From positions 52,060 to 116,059 of the forward strand of contig CAYQEE010000005.1 of the NCBI GenBank assembly GCA_964416445.1: a stretch of DNA of 64,000 nucleotides, in the 5' to 3' direction. The translations under genes and the position numbers were made by a program. Positions within the stretch are counted from its first letter, which is position 1, and each line of letters opens with the position of its first letter. The notes under the pieces were generated by a model that did not search any database, was not told the origin of the DNA, and saw only the letters and a list, made by a program, of their open reading frames with translations. Origin of the DNA: an uncultured Gammaproteobacteria bacterium (GTDB lineage Bacteria > Patescibacteriota > Microgenomatia > Levybacterales > UBA12049). Shown here in pieces: positions 28,414 through 37,094 of this stretch.

Positions 28414-30541
28414 GAGATCCTTGATAGAATGAGCAATTTGCGGTATTTTCTGTTCCACGTATAAAATATTCATCCTTCCCAAAACAAGATCGTATTATGA
28501 CATCATCAGGCATGGGGGGTTTACTATCTGGTTGATTTTGTAATAAATTAACCATAATAGTATGCCAGATCGGTGCTGCACCGGTAATTCCTGATGCCAA
28601 TGAGGGACTCATAGGAGAATTGTCATTGTTGCCTACCCATACAGTAGTAAGTAAATTATTAGTATAGCCAATAGTCCAATTGTCTCTTTTATCGTCGGAT
28701 GTTCCCGTTTTTACTGATACCGTATGACCTGGAATCACAAGAGGAGAATTTGGTCCAAACTCAAGACTTCGTGCATTATTATCTGCCAGAATATTTGAAA
28801 TGATAAATTCGATACCTGGATCAATTATTTGAGTGCTTTTGGGGGTAGTTTTTTCTTCAAGTATGGCTCCTGAGTTGTCAGTGATTTTGAGAATTGGATT
28901 GAGGTCAACTCGATTTCCTTCATTTGCTGCCACTCCATAGAGAGTTGCCATATCAAGCATGGTTGTATCCATTCCCCCCAGGGTTATCGACAAACCATAT
29001 TCTCCATTAGGGTCAAAAGTATCGATCCCCATGCGTTTTGCTAAATCGAGAAATGTGGGTACTCCTATCATATTGAGGGTTTTTACTGCAGGAATATTAA
29101 ATGAATTTGCAAATGCTATCCGAAGAGGTACTCTCCCATGAAATTTGCTATCATAATTAACTGGAGCATATACTCCTGAACCTGAAGGAAAACTAATAGG
29201 GGAATCATCAATAATTGTCGCTGCAGTCATACCATGCTGTAATGCCGCGCTATATGTTACTAATTTCATTGTGGATCCTGGTTGTCGAAGTGATGTCGTA
29301 AGATTCACATTTCCGTCTTTTGGGTCATTATAATCATGACTTCCAACCATTGCTAAAATATCCCCGTTTTGTGGGTTGGTAACGAGTACTGCACCATTGG
29401 TAAGATTTAAATACGTATCATGATTCACCTCATCTGTTACTACTGATTGAGCCATATTTTGCGTTTTTAAATCAAGCGAAGTAACGACATGAAGACCACC
29501 TTTCTCAACGATGAGTGCTCCATATTTTTTTTCTAATAAATCCTTAATATACATGACGAAATGAGGAGCGAGAATTGGTGTTTGTTGTACCTGAAAGGTT
29601 AATTGTTCTGCATCAGCTTCCTTTTTTTGCTCTTTCGTAATATATCCAAGATCTTGCATTCTTTGGAGAACTTCTTCTTGTCGCGTTTTCCATAAGTGTG
29701 GATAAAGACCGTAGGGCGAATAAGTCGTTGGAGCTTGAGGCATACCTGCTAAGAAGGCTGCCTGTGCAAGATCTATATCTTGTACATCTTTTCCAAAATA
29801 GGTTTGTGATGCAGCTTCAACTCCCCAAGCCGTACCTCCATAAGGAACGTAATTGAAATACATAGTAAGAATTTGATTTTTGGAATAGATTTGTTCTGAC
29901 CAGAAAGCAAGTACTGCTTCTTGAAGTTTTCTCATGAGACTTACCTGAGGCGTTAGTAAGGTTGACTTAATGAGCTGTTGAGTAATGGTTGAACCTCCTT
30001 GGAAATTATGGGTAGTAAAATCCGCAATTGCTGCTCGGATAATTGCTTGAATATCAAATCCTGGATTTTTATAAAAGTTTTTATCTTCGATTGCGATAGT
30101 TGCTTGTTGAAGCGTAAGTGGGATATCTGATAACGAAACGAGTGTACGGTTTTGATTTGCGTAAATTGAATAGAGAAGCGTATTATTTCTATCATAAATT
30201 TTTGTGGTTTGGGGAACAAAATTTTGTGATAGCTGGTTTAAATTAGGTAAAGATTCAACAAACACGACTGCAAGTATGGGGAAAAAAATGAAAATTGCTG
30301 AAAAAATACAACCAATAATAAAATATTTTAACTTGGTAAAGACAGAAAGTGAAAAGACAAGCAATCCTTGATTTCTTTTTTTTACTCGTTTTGTTCGTTT
30401 TTTACGAATAAAAGGTTTTTTAAATACGAAGAAAGCTTTTCGGAACAATGAGACAGATAGCGAAACGAGTAATAAGGCCGCTGTTCCAATATAACTAATT
30501 TGTATTAATATAAAAAAGAACGCTTTTTGAAGTAAGCGCAT
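28391..30541 (-). CDS. Class A penicillin-binding protein (transglycosylase + transpeptidase)
   Basis: 'EDKNF', 'GGSTITQQL', SxxK 'STMK', SxN 'SFN', 'KTGT'. Confidence 0.95.
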   Translation of the reverse strand: MRLLQKAFFFILIQISYIGTAALLLVSLSVSLFRKAFFVFKKPFIRKKRTKRVKKRNQGLLVFSLSVFTKLKYFIIGCIFSAIFIFFPILAVVFVESLPNLNQLSQNFVPQTTKIYDRNNTLLYSIYANQNRTLVSLSDIPLTLQQATIAIEDKNFYKNPGFDIQAIIRAAIADFTTHNFQGGSTITQQLIKSTLLTPQVSLMRKLQEAVLAFWSEQIYSKNQILTMYFNYVPYGGTAWGVEAASQTYFGKDVQDIDLAQAAFLAGMPQAPTTYSPYGLYPHLWKTRQEEVLQRMQDLGYITKEQKKEADAEQLTFQVQQTPILAPHFVMYIKDLLEKKYGALIVEKGGLHVVTSLDLKTQNMAQSVVTDEVNHDTYLNLTNGAVLVTNPQNGDILAMVGSHDYNDPKDGNVNLTTSLRQPGSTMKLVTYSAALQHGMTAATIIDDSPISFPSGSGVYAPVNYDSKFHGRVPLRIAFANSFNIPAVKTLNMIGVPTFLDLAKRMGIDTFDPNGEYGLSITLGGMDTTMLDMATLYGVAANEGNRVDLNPILKITDNSGAILEEKTTPKSTQIIDPGIEFIISNILADNNARSLEFGPNSPLVIPGHTVSVKTGTSDDKRDNWTIGYTNNLLTTVWVGNNDNSPMSPSLASGITGAAPIWHTIMVNLLQNQPDSKPPMPDDVIIRSCFGKDEYFIRGTENTANCSFYQGSPTLTGTH

Positions 30542-30610
30542 AGTTTTTTAACGAGCAGGGAATAATTGATTGCATTATACAAAATGCTCATTTTCTTTGA
30601 AAGAGGAAGT

Positions 30611-32803
30611 TTAATGTCCCGGTGTTGAGGTAGGTGTCGGTGTTGGATGAGGGCAAGTAATACAATACCTATCTCCTGTAGGGTCTGTTACCACGTCTTC
30701 AGGTTTTTGGGAAACATTCGTTGTCTGATTTGGTTGAGCAAGATCTTGAGTCGTATTATCAATAAACACTTGTTCTTGTGGATTATCAACTTGTTTTGGT
30801 TCAGTGCCTTTTATAAAGTATTCAAATCGGGTTGGGCATTTGTTCGGAGTTCCATCAGCAGGAGGAATGAGGCCAGATGTACTGCAAACCGCTTTTTGAA
30901 TGACGTTTGTTGGTTGAACATTTGTTTCATCTGTTTTCCCACGAAGCATAAAGGACATAATATCATTCCAGATCGGCGCAGCACCCGTAATCCCTGAGGC
31001 AATTCTGCTCATTGGTGTATTATCATTATTGCCAACCCATACAGAGACAAGATATGAAGGCGTATATCCTATTGTCCAGTTATCTCGAAAATCATTGGTT
31101 GTACCTGTTTTTACTGATACCGTATGATGGGGTATAACAAGTTGTGAACTTGGTCCAAAATCCATCATACGTGCTCCATTATCAGCTAAAATATTTGAAA
31201 TAATAAAGGCGACCCCATCGGGAAGAACTTTTTTCCCAAAAATAGGGCTTTGGAAAGGCCGATATTCTTCTAATATCTTACCGGTATGATCTGTAACTTT
31301 GAGAATAGGATGTAAATCGATTCGGTATCCACCATTTGCAAAGACAGCGTAGGCAGTTGCCATATCAAGCATGGTTACCTCTCCACCTCCGAGGGTTAAT
31401 GAAAGACCGTATCGGTCAGGACTTCCAAATGTGTTGATTCCCATTGCAGATGCTGTTGCGATCATGTTTGCAACTCCGTTCAGCTTTAACATTTTTACAG
31501 CTGGGATATTTAATGAGTTTCCCAATGCATATCTCATTTGCTGAACACCATGCCAAGCGAAATCGTAGTTTTGTGGACAATATTTTTGACCTCCCTGGTC
31601 TGGAAAACAAATGGGCTGATCAATGAAAGGAGTGGCTGCAGTATACCCATTGATAAGTCCTAATGCATAGTTAATCGGTTTTATGGATGATCCAGGCTGG
31701 CGAAGCGAAGTAGTAATATTAACATTACCGTCAGTATCTGTTGTATTGAAATAATCTCGAGAACCTACCATAGCGAGAATTTCTCCAGTGCCAGGTTCAG
31801 TAATAAGAGCCGCTCCGTTGGTTACATGATAGGCTGGTCCAAGTTGTGAAAGCTCTGAAGCAACCGATGCTTGTGCAGTATTTTGTATATTAAGGTCAAG
31901 ACTGGTGACTACTTTTAGTCCACCTTCTTCAACCATTTTCTCTCCATACTCTTTCACTAATACATCTTTAATATAGAGTGAAAAATGAGGAGCCAGAATA
32001 TTATTTGCAACTTTTTGATAATGTAATGCTTCGTTGATCGCCTGTTCTTCTTGTGATTTTGTAATATATCCTTGTTGTTGCATTGCCTGTAAGACGAGTG
32101 TTTGTCTTTGTTTTGCCAGTTCAGGATGAGCACCAAACGGAGAATATGTCGTAGGAGATTGGGGAAGACCCGCAAGAAGTGCACTCTGGGCAAGATCTAA
32201 TTGATTCGCATGCACTCCAAAATAGGTTTGTGATGCTGCCTCTATCCCATATGCTGTTCCTCCGTAGGGGATTTCATTCAAATATAATTCGAGAATTCGA
32301 GGCTTTGAATAGAGTAATTCTGTAGCGAATGCAAGGATAGCTTCACGAATCTTTCGGGTAAACGTTTGTTCTGAGGTGAGGAGAGAATTTTTTACTAATT
32401 GCTGAGTGATTGTCGAACCGCCTTCAATTTGTTTATGGAAAAGAATTGAAAAAGTAGCTCGAAGTATCCCTTTAATATCAATAGGACCATGATTGTAAAA
32501 ATTTTGATCTTCGATTGCGATAGTTGCTTGTTGCAATTTAGTTGGAATTGAATTAAGAGAAACAAAACTTTGATTTCTATTATTATAGATAGTGTAAAGG
32601 AGAACTCCATTCCGATCAAAAATTTGCGTTGATTGTGGGATATTGGTATTGGAGAGAATAGTTGGTGAAGGTAAGTCTCGGAGGATATACCAATAAAAAA
32701 GGGCACCTAAGATAAACAACGGAACAAGGAATTTCCAGGATTTTTTTATGAATTGAGAACCGAAGAAGGTCGACTTCTGTTTTTTACTCACAGTATTCAT
32801 CAT
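30611..32803 (-). CDS. Class A penicillin-binding protein (tandem paralog)
   Basis: 'EDQNF', 'GGSTITQQL', 'SSIK', 'SLN', 'KTGT'; Cys-containing C-terminal extension. Confidence 0.95.
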   Translation of the reverse strand: MMNTVSKKQKSTFFGSQFIKKSWKFLVPLFILGALFYWYILRDLPSPTILSNTNIPQSTQIFDRNGVLLYTIYNNRNQSFVSLNSIPTKLQQATIAIEDQNFYNHGPIDIKGILRATFSILFHKQIEGGSTITQQLVKNSLLTSEQTFTRKIREAILAFATELLYSKPRILELYLNEIPYGGTAYGIEAASQTYFGVHANQLDLAQSALLAGLPQSPTTYSPFGAHPELAKQRQTLVLQAMQQQGYITKSQEEQAINEALHYQKVANNILAPHFSLYIKDVLVKEYGEKMVEEGGLKVVTSLDLNIQNTAQASVASELSQLGPAYHVTNGAALITEPGTGEILAMVGSRDYFNTTDTDGNVNITTSLRQPGSSIKPINYALGLINGYTAATPFIDQPICFPDQGGQKYCPQNYDFAWHGVQQMRYALGNSLNIPAVKMLKLNGVANMIATASAMGINTFGSPDRYGLSLTLGGGEVTMLDMATAYAVFANGGYRIDLHPILKVTDHTGKILEEYRPFQSPIFGKKVLPDGVAFIISNILADNGARMMDFGPSSQLVIPHHTVSVKTGTTNDFRDNWTIGYTPSYLVSVWVGNNDNTPMSRIASGITGAAPIWNDIMSFMLRGKTDETNVQPTNVIQKAVCSTSGLIPPADGTPNKCPTRFEYFIKGTEPKQVDNPQEQVFIDNTTQDLAQPNQTTNVSQKPEDVVTDPTGDRYCITCPHPTPTPTSTPGH

Positions 32804-32964
32804 ATCATGAGATCTCTCTTTTTCGCAATAATTTTCTGTTTTTTTGTAAGCAAATTATTTTTTGATAGAAACAATCCTATTTATATTTGAATAGCTTTTA
32901 TATTCAATTTATTCTTTTGCCGATTCTCTGGAAAATACACAAAAAATGAAATGTTCCTGCTACA

Positions 32965-33978
32965 ATGAGTACCATGATAGCGTTTATTACGTATTTTTTA
33001 ATTCAGTTTAACTGGATCGATTGGGTTATTATCCTCGTGTCGATGTTTTACGTGATTGAAGGTTATGCAGTCGGAGCAATATCAGGTCTTTTTGATATTG
33101 CCAGCTTTTTGCTTTCTTTTGCTGCTGGGTTAAAAATGTATAAATTCTTTGGTGACTTTATTCACAATACAACACATCTTCCCTTAGGATTTTCTCATAT
33201 TAGCGCATTTGTCTTTGCTGCGGTTGTTACAGAAATGGTTTTACGGTTAGCGCAAGGGAAACTCACCGACCAAATACGAAAGTTTTCTTGGCTGAATGAT
33301 TCAATAGCTGCAAAAATTAACCGATTTCTTGGTATTATTCCCGGATTTTTTTCAGGATTAATTTTACTTGCATTTTTTCTGACAGTCTTGATTGTTTTGC
33401 CTGTATCGACATCCATAAAACAAGCAATTAATGCATCAAAACTCGGAAGTGTTCTTGTTGGACAAACACAGACGTACGAACGAAATTTAGCAGGTATTTT
33501 TGGTGGACGTCCTGATGATTTGTTGACGTTCTTTACTGTTGAGCCAGATACAAATGGAACAATTATACTTGATTTTAAAGTTGCTGATGGGATTATTGAT
33601 CAAGATGCAGAACAACAAATGCTTTATCTTGTTAATGCTGAGCGAGCAAAACAAAATTTACCGCAACTTGTCATGGATAACCAGTTGCGTATACTTGCCC
33701 GTTCACATAGCCAAGATATGTTAGCGAGAGGATATTTTTCTCATTATACCCCAGAGGGAAAGTCGCCATTTGATCGTATGAATGCTGCCGGAATTACATA
33801 CAATTATGCAGGAGAAAATTTAGCATTTGCCCAAAATGTTAATCTTGCGATGCAAGGACTTATGCAAAGTCCAGGACATCGAGCAAATATCCTTTCACCA
33901 AATTTTAAAAAAATTGGGATAGGTGTCATTAATGCAGGAGTTTATGGCGAAATGTTTAGTCAAGAATTTACTGACTAA
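32965..33978 (+). CDS. CvpA-family membrane domain fused to a CAP/SCP domain
   Basis: N-terminal 'NWIDW...EGYAVG' and 'NRFLGIIPG'; C-terminal 'HSQDM..RGYFSH', 'GENLA', 'SPGHRANI'. Confidence 0.88.
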   Translation: MSTMIAFITYFLIQFNWIDWVIILVSMFYVIEGYAVGAISGLFDIASFLLSFAAGLKMYKFFGDFIHNTTHLPLGFSHISAFVFAAVVTEMVLRLAQGKLTDQIRKFSWLNDSIAAKINRFLGIIPGFFSGLILLAFFLTVLIVLPVSTSIKQAINASKLGSVLVGQTQTYERNLAGIFGGRPDDLLTFFTVEPDTNGTIILDFKVADGIIDQDAEQQMLYLVNAERAKQNLPQLVMDNQLRILARSHSQDMLARGYFSHYTPEGKSPFDRMNAAGITYNYAGENLAFAQNVNLAMQGLMQSPGHRANILSPNFKKIGIGVINAGVYGEMFSQEFTD

Positions 33979-33998
33979 TATGCTATAATTCAGCCATA

Positions 33999-34154
33999 AT
34001 GTTTCAATTTGATCCAAAGATTCTTGTCGCAGCTGTTATCCTTATTGTCGTTGTCTTTTTAGCATTTTTTGGAGAATTCCTTTTGCCTTTAGCAATTATT
34101 CTTATCCCTGTCGTGATTGTGTTTGCAGTAGCACAGTTAAAGAAAAAAGCGTAA
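33999..34154 (+). CDS. 51-aa two-helix membrane microprotein (not in the ORF track)
   Basis: MFQFDPKILVAAVILIVVVFLAFFGEFLLPLAIILIPVVIVFAVAQLKKKA; TGCTATAAT at 33981-33989. Confidence 0.65.
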   Translation: MFQFDPKILVAAVILIVVVFLAFFGEFLLPLAIILIPVVIVFAVAQLKKKA

Positions 34155-34208
34155 TAGGTAAATAGTTATTGCTGATTGAAAAATATTTGTGTATACTAAA
34201 AATCACTT

Positions 34209-35261
34209 ATGGTGCGCGTAGCAATCAATGGGTATGGCCGAATTGGAAGAGTAGCTCACCGTATCATTCTTCAAAAACATCCTCAGGAAGTTGAAGTTGT
34301 TGCCATTAATGCAGGAACATCGACAGATTTAAAAGGTTGGATGTATCTTCTGCAATATGATAGTAATTATGGAGTGTTGCCAGGATTTCAGATTTCTGTT
34401 GAAGCAAATACAGATGCCACGAATCAAAGTTTGCTGGGATATTTGCATATTAACGAGAAAAAAATTCCTGTTTATTCTCAAAAGGATCCTGCACTCCTTC
34501 CTTGGAAACAAATTGGCGTGGATGTTGTCATTGATTGTACAGGAAAATTATTAACAAAAGAAAAAGCACAACCACATATTACTTCTGGTGCAAAGGCTGT
34601 TGTTATGTCTGCTCCTGCAAAAGATGATACGCCTACCTATGTTATGTCAATTAACTCTGATCAATATGCAGGTGAGGCGATTGTCAATAATGCTTCGTGC
34701 ACCACAAACTGTATTGCTCCTGTTGCTAAAATTATTGACGAAGCGTTTGGTGTGCAAAAAGCAATGATGACTACAATTCATGCATATACTTCAGACCAAG
34801 AACTTCTTGATGGGGGTCATAAAGATTATCGTCGAGCTCGAGCTGCAGCAAAAAATATTGTTCCAACTTCTACAGGTGCAACTCAAGCTGCAGCAAAAGT
34901 AGTTCCTTCATTACAAGGACTATTTAGTGGTTTGTCCGTTCGTGTTCCTGTTTCCGTTGGTTCTCTCTCAGACTTTACATTTCTTTTAAAGAGAGATGTT
35001 ACGAAAGATGAAGTGAATACTTTATTGAAACAAGCTGCACAGAAAGAAGTTTTCCAAGGAATTATGCGAGTTACTGAAGATCCAATTGTATCAGGTGATA
35101 TTGTTGGCGATTCTCATTCCTCAATCGTTGATCTTTCACTTACCCAAGTTGTTGGAGGGAACATGGTAAAAGTAGTTGCTTGGTATGATAATGAATGGGG
35201 CTATACCAATAGACTAATTGATGAAGTAATTCTTGTTGGACAAAAAATGACTCCTGCCTAA
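34209..35261 (+). CDS. gap: Type I glyceraldehyde-3-phosphate dehydrogenase
   Basis: 'INGYGRIGR', 'NASCTTNC', 'WYDNEWGY'. Confidence 0.97.
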   Translation: MVRVAINGYGRIGRVAHRIILQKHPQEVEVVAINAGTSTDLKGWMYLLQYDSNYGVLPGFQISVEANTDATNQSLLGYLHINEKKIPVYSQKDPALLPWKQIGVDVVIDCTGKLLTKEKAQPHITSGAKAVVMSAPAKDDTPTYVMSINSDQYAGEAIVNNASCTTNCIAPVAKIIDEAFGVQKAMMTTIHAYTSDQELLDGGHKDYRRARAAAKNIVPTSTGATQAAAKVVPSLQGLFSGLSVRVPVSVGSLSDFTFLLKRDVTKDEVNTLLKQAAQKEVFQGIMRVTEDPIVSGDIVGDSHSSIVDLSLTQVVGGNMVKVVAWYDNEWGYTNRLIDEVILVGQKMTPA

Positions 35262-35269
35262 GCTTCTGT

Positions 35270-35860
35270 ATGGAGAGACACGAATTGCCAGGTACACGCA
35301 TTATTACAGTTTCAGGTCGCATTGCCTCAGGGTCAACGACGCTTGCTCGTGGATTAGCTCATGCGCTTGGTTGGAGGCATATTGAAGGAGGAGAAATTTT
35401 TTGGGAAGCTATTCGTACGAAACTTGGCCTTTCGGAAAAAGATACAAACTTGCGTCCAGATAAAGAGGATGAAGCTTTTGATGAATCTCTTAAAAAAGTT
35501 TTGCTAAAGGGAAAAGATATTATTTTAGAAACAAAGCTTGCAGGATTTAATGCGCAAAATGTTCCAGGGATATTTAAAATTCTTGTCCTCTGTGTTGATG
35601 CTAAAGGAGAAGACCAAACGCAAATTCGTATAGATCGATTAGTTAACAGAGAACACATGTCGATTCAAGAAGCTAAAGAAGAAGTCCTTGTTCGTGAAAA
35701 AAATGATATCGAAAAATGGCGACGATTATATGCTCCTGATGATCCTGACTGGACATATTGGAATCCCAAGTATTATGATCTAGTTATTAATACCTACTCT
35801 CATGATCAAGAGGGTGTGCTATCGTTAGCATTATCAACAATAGGAGTAGAAAAAAAATGA
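35270..35860 (+). CDS. cmk: Cytidylate kinase (archaeal/CPR-type)
   Basis: P-loop 'SGRIASGSTT', 'GGEIF', 'ILETKLAG', 'YDLVINT'. Confidence 0.75.
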   Translation: MERHELPGTRIITVSGRIASGSTTLARGLAHALGWRHIEGGEIFWEAIRTKLGLSEKDTNLRPDKEDEAFDESLKKVLLKGKDIILETKLAGFNAQNVPGIFKILVLCVDAKGEDQTQIRIDRLVNREHMSIQEAKEEVLVREKNDIEKWRRLYAPDDPDWTYWNPKYYDLVINTYSHDQEGVLSLALSTIGVEKK

Positions 35861-36438
35861 AACAAACTATTATTTTTCTTATTATTATGGGGATTTTTAC
35901 TATCCCTTTTTATCAGGTCTTTGCTGAAACTTCTGTCATTCATATCAGTACTGATTCTTCAGCCCAGGCCCCTCTCTTGGTAACTCCAATCCCGGTTGAT
36001 TACCAGCTACCGTATCCCGGTTTATTACCTGATAATGTCCTCTATAAATTGAAAACGTTGCGAGATAAGATTATTGAATTTCTGATATCCGATCCTCTCA
36101 AAAAAGCTGAATTTGATATCTTACAGGGAGATAAACGATATAACGCGAGTTTATTTCTCTATCGTCAAAGCCCTCAGCAAGAAGGTTTAATTGTCTCAAC
36201 AATATCAAAAGCAGATAATTATATGACTGATGCGATCAGTCAGTTAACTCTGGCAAAAAAACAAGGGGAGAACATTAATGATATGTATACGAAATTTCTC
36301 TTAAGTAACCAAAAACATCTTGAAGTAACCCAGGAGATTGAAAATACAGCCTCAAATAGTCTGAAGACACAACTCATGCGAGAAGATCAACGACTCGCTC
36401 AATTGAATAGAACAGTAGTGCAGATAGGACATAAATAA
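35857..36438 (+). CDS. Secreted DUF5667-like protein
   Basis: Signal peptide; 'YQLPYPGLLPDNVLYKLKTLRD'. Confidence 0.75.
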   Translation: MKQTIIFLIIMGIFTIPFYQVFAETSVIHISTDSSAQAPLLVTPIPVDYQLPYPGLLPDNVLYKLKTLRDKIIEFLISDPLKKAEFDILQGDKRYNASLFLYRQSPQQEGLIVSTISKADNYMTDAISQLTLAKKQGENINDMYTKFLLSNQKHLEVTQEIENTASNSLKTQLMREDQRLAQLNRTVVQIGHK

Positions 36439-36553
36439 TAGCTAGTTGATTTCAAGTATCATTTTTTTCGATATATTTGTTCTTAAGATATTCTTACGAA
36501 TAGTTTTGAAGCTAATAGAAGCCCGGGAAGCGTTTTGATACAGAAATTTCTAG

Positions 36554-36616
36554 TTGACACCACACAAATAGTGCTTTAGTATAGATTTTGACACTACATA
36601 TAGTTTGAGCTATAAT
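36554..36616 (+). promoter_or_regulatory. Tandem sigma70 promoters of nrdR-nrdJ overlapped by two NrdR boxes
   Basis: TTGACA(36588)-N17-TATAAT(36611) perfect consensus; second promoter TTGACA(36554)-N17-TAGTAT; NrdR-box-like ACACTACATATAGTTT (36591-36606) and weaker ACCACACAAATAGTGC (36559-36574), 32 bp apart. Confidence 0.8.
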
Positions 36617-36641
36617 TATAAGAAGGCAGGTAATTATAGAT

Positions 36642-37091
36642 ATGAAATGCCCATATTGCGGTAATAATCAAACTGAAGTAGTTGAAACACGAGATAATCA
36701 GGATTTAGGGATAATTCGTAGAAGACGATCATGCCTAAATTGTGCTAAACGGTTTACGACGTATGAACGAATAGAAAATGTTAATTTATACGTTATAAAG
36801 AAAGACGGAAGAAGAGAGCAATTTGATCGGGATAAAGTAAGAAAAGGATTGCTCACTGCTTGTGAAAAAACCAGAGTATCAGTCGATACCGTTGAGAAAA
36901 TTGTAACAGATCTAGAAAGAGATCTACGTAATCGAGATACGGTAGAAGTGAGAAGTAAAGATATTGGGGACATGATTGCAAAACGATTAAAGAAATTAGA
37001 TAAAGTAGCATATATTCGTTTTGCGAGTGTATTTAAGCGATTTGTGGATGTTGAAGATTTTGAAAAAGAAGTAAATAGGTTAATAAAATAA
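36642..37091 (+). CDS. nrdR: Transcriptional repressor NrdR
   Basis: 'MKCPYC', 'RRRRSCLNC..RFTTYE', ATP-cone, 'VAYIRFASV'. Confidence 0.97.
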   Translation: MKCPYCGNNQTEVVETRDNQDLGIIRRRRSCLNCAKRFTTYERIENVNLYVIKKDGRREQFDRDKVRKGLLTACEKTRVSVDTVEKIVTDLERDLRNRDTVEVRSKDIGDMIAKRLKKLDKVAYIRFASVFKRFVDVEDFEKEVNRLIK

Positions 37092-37094
37092 CAT

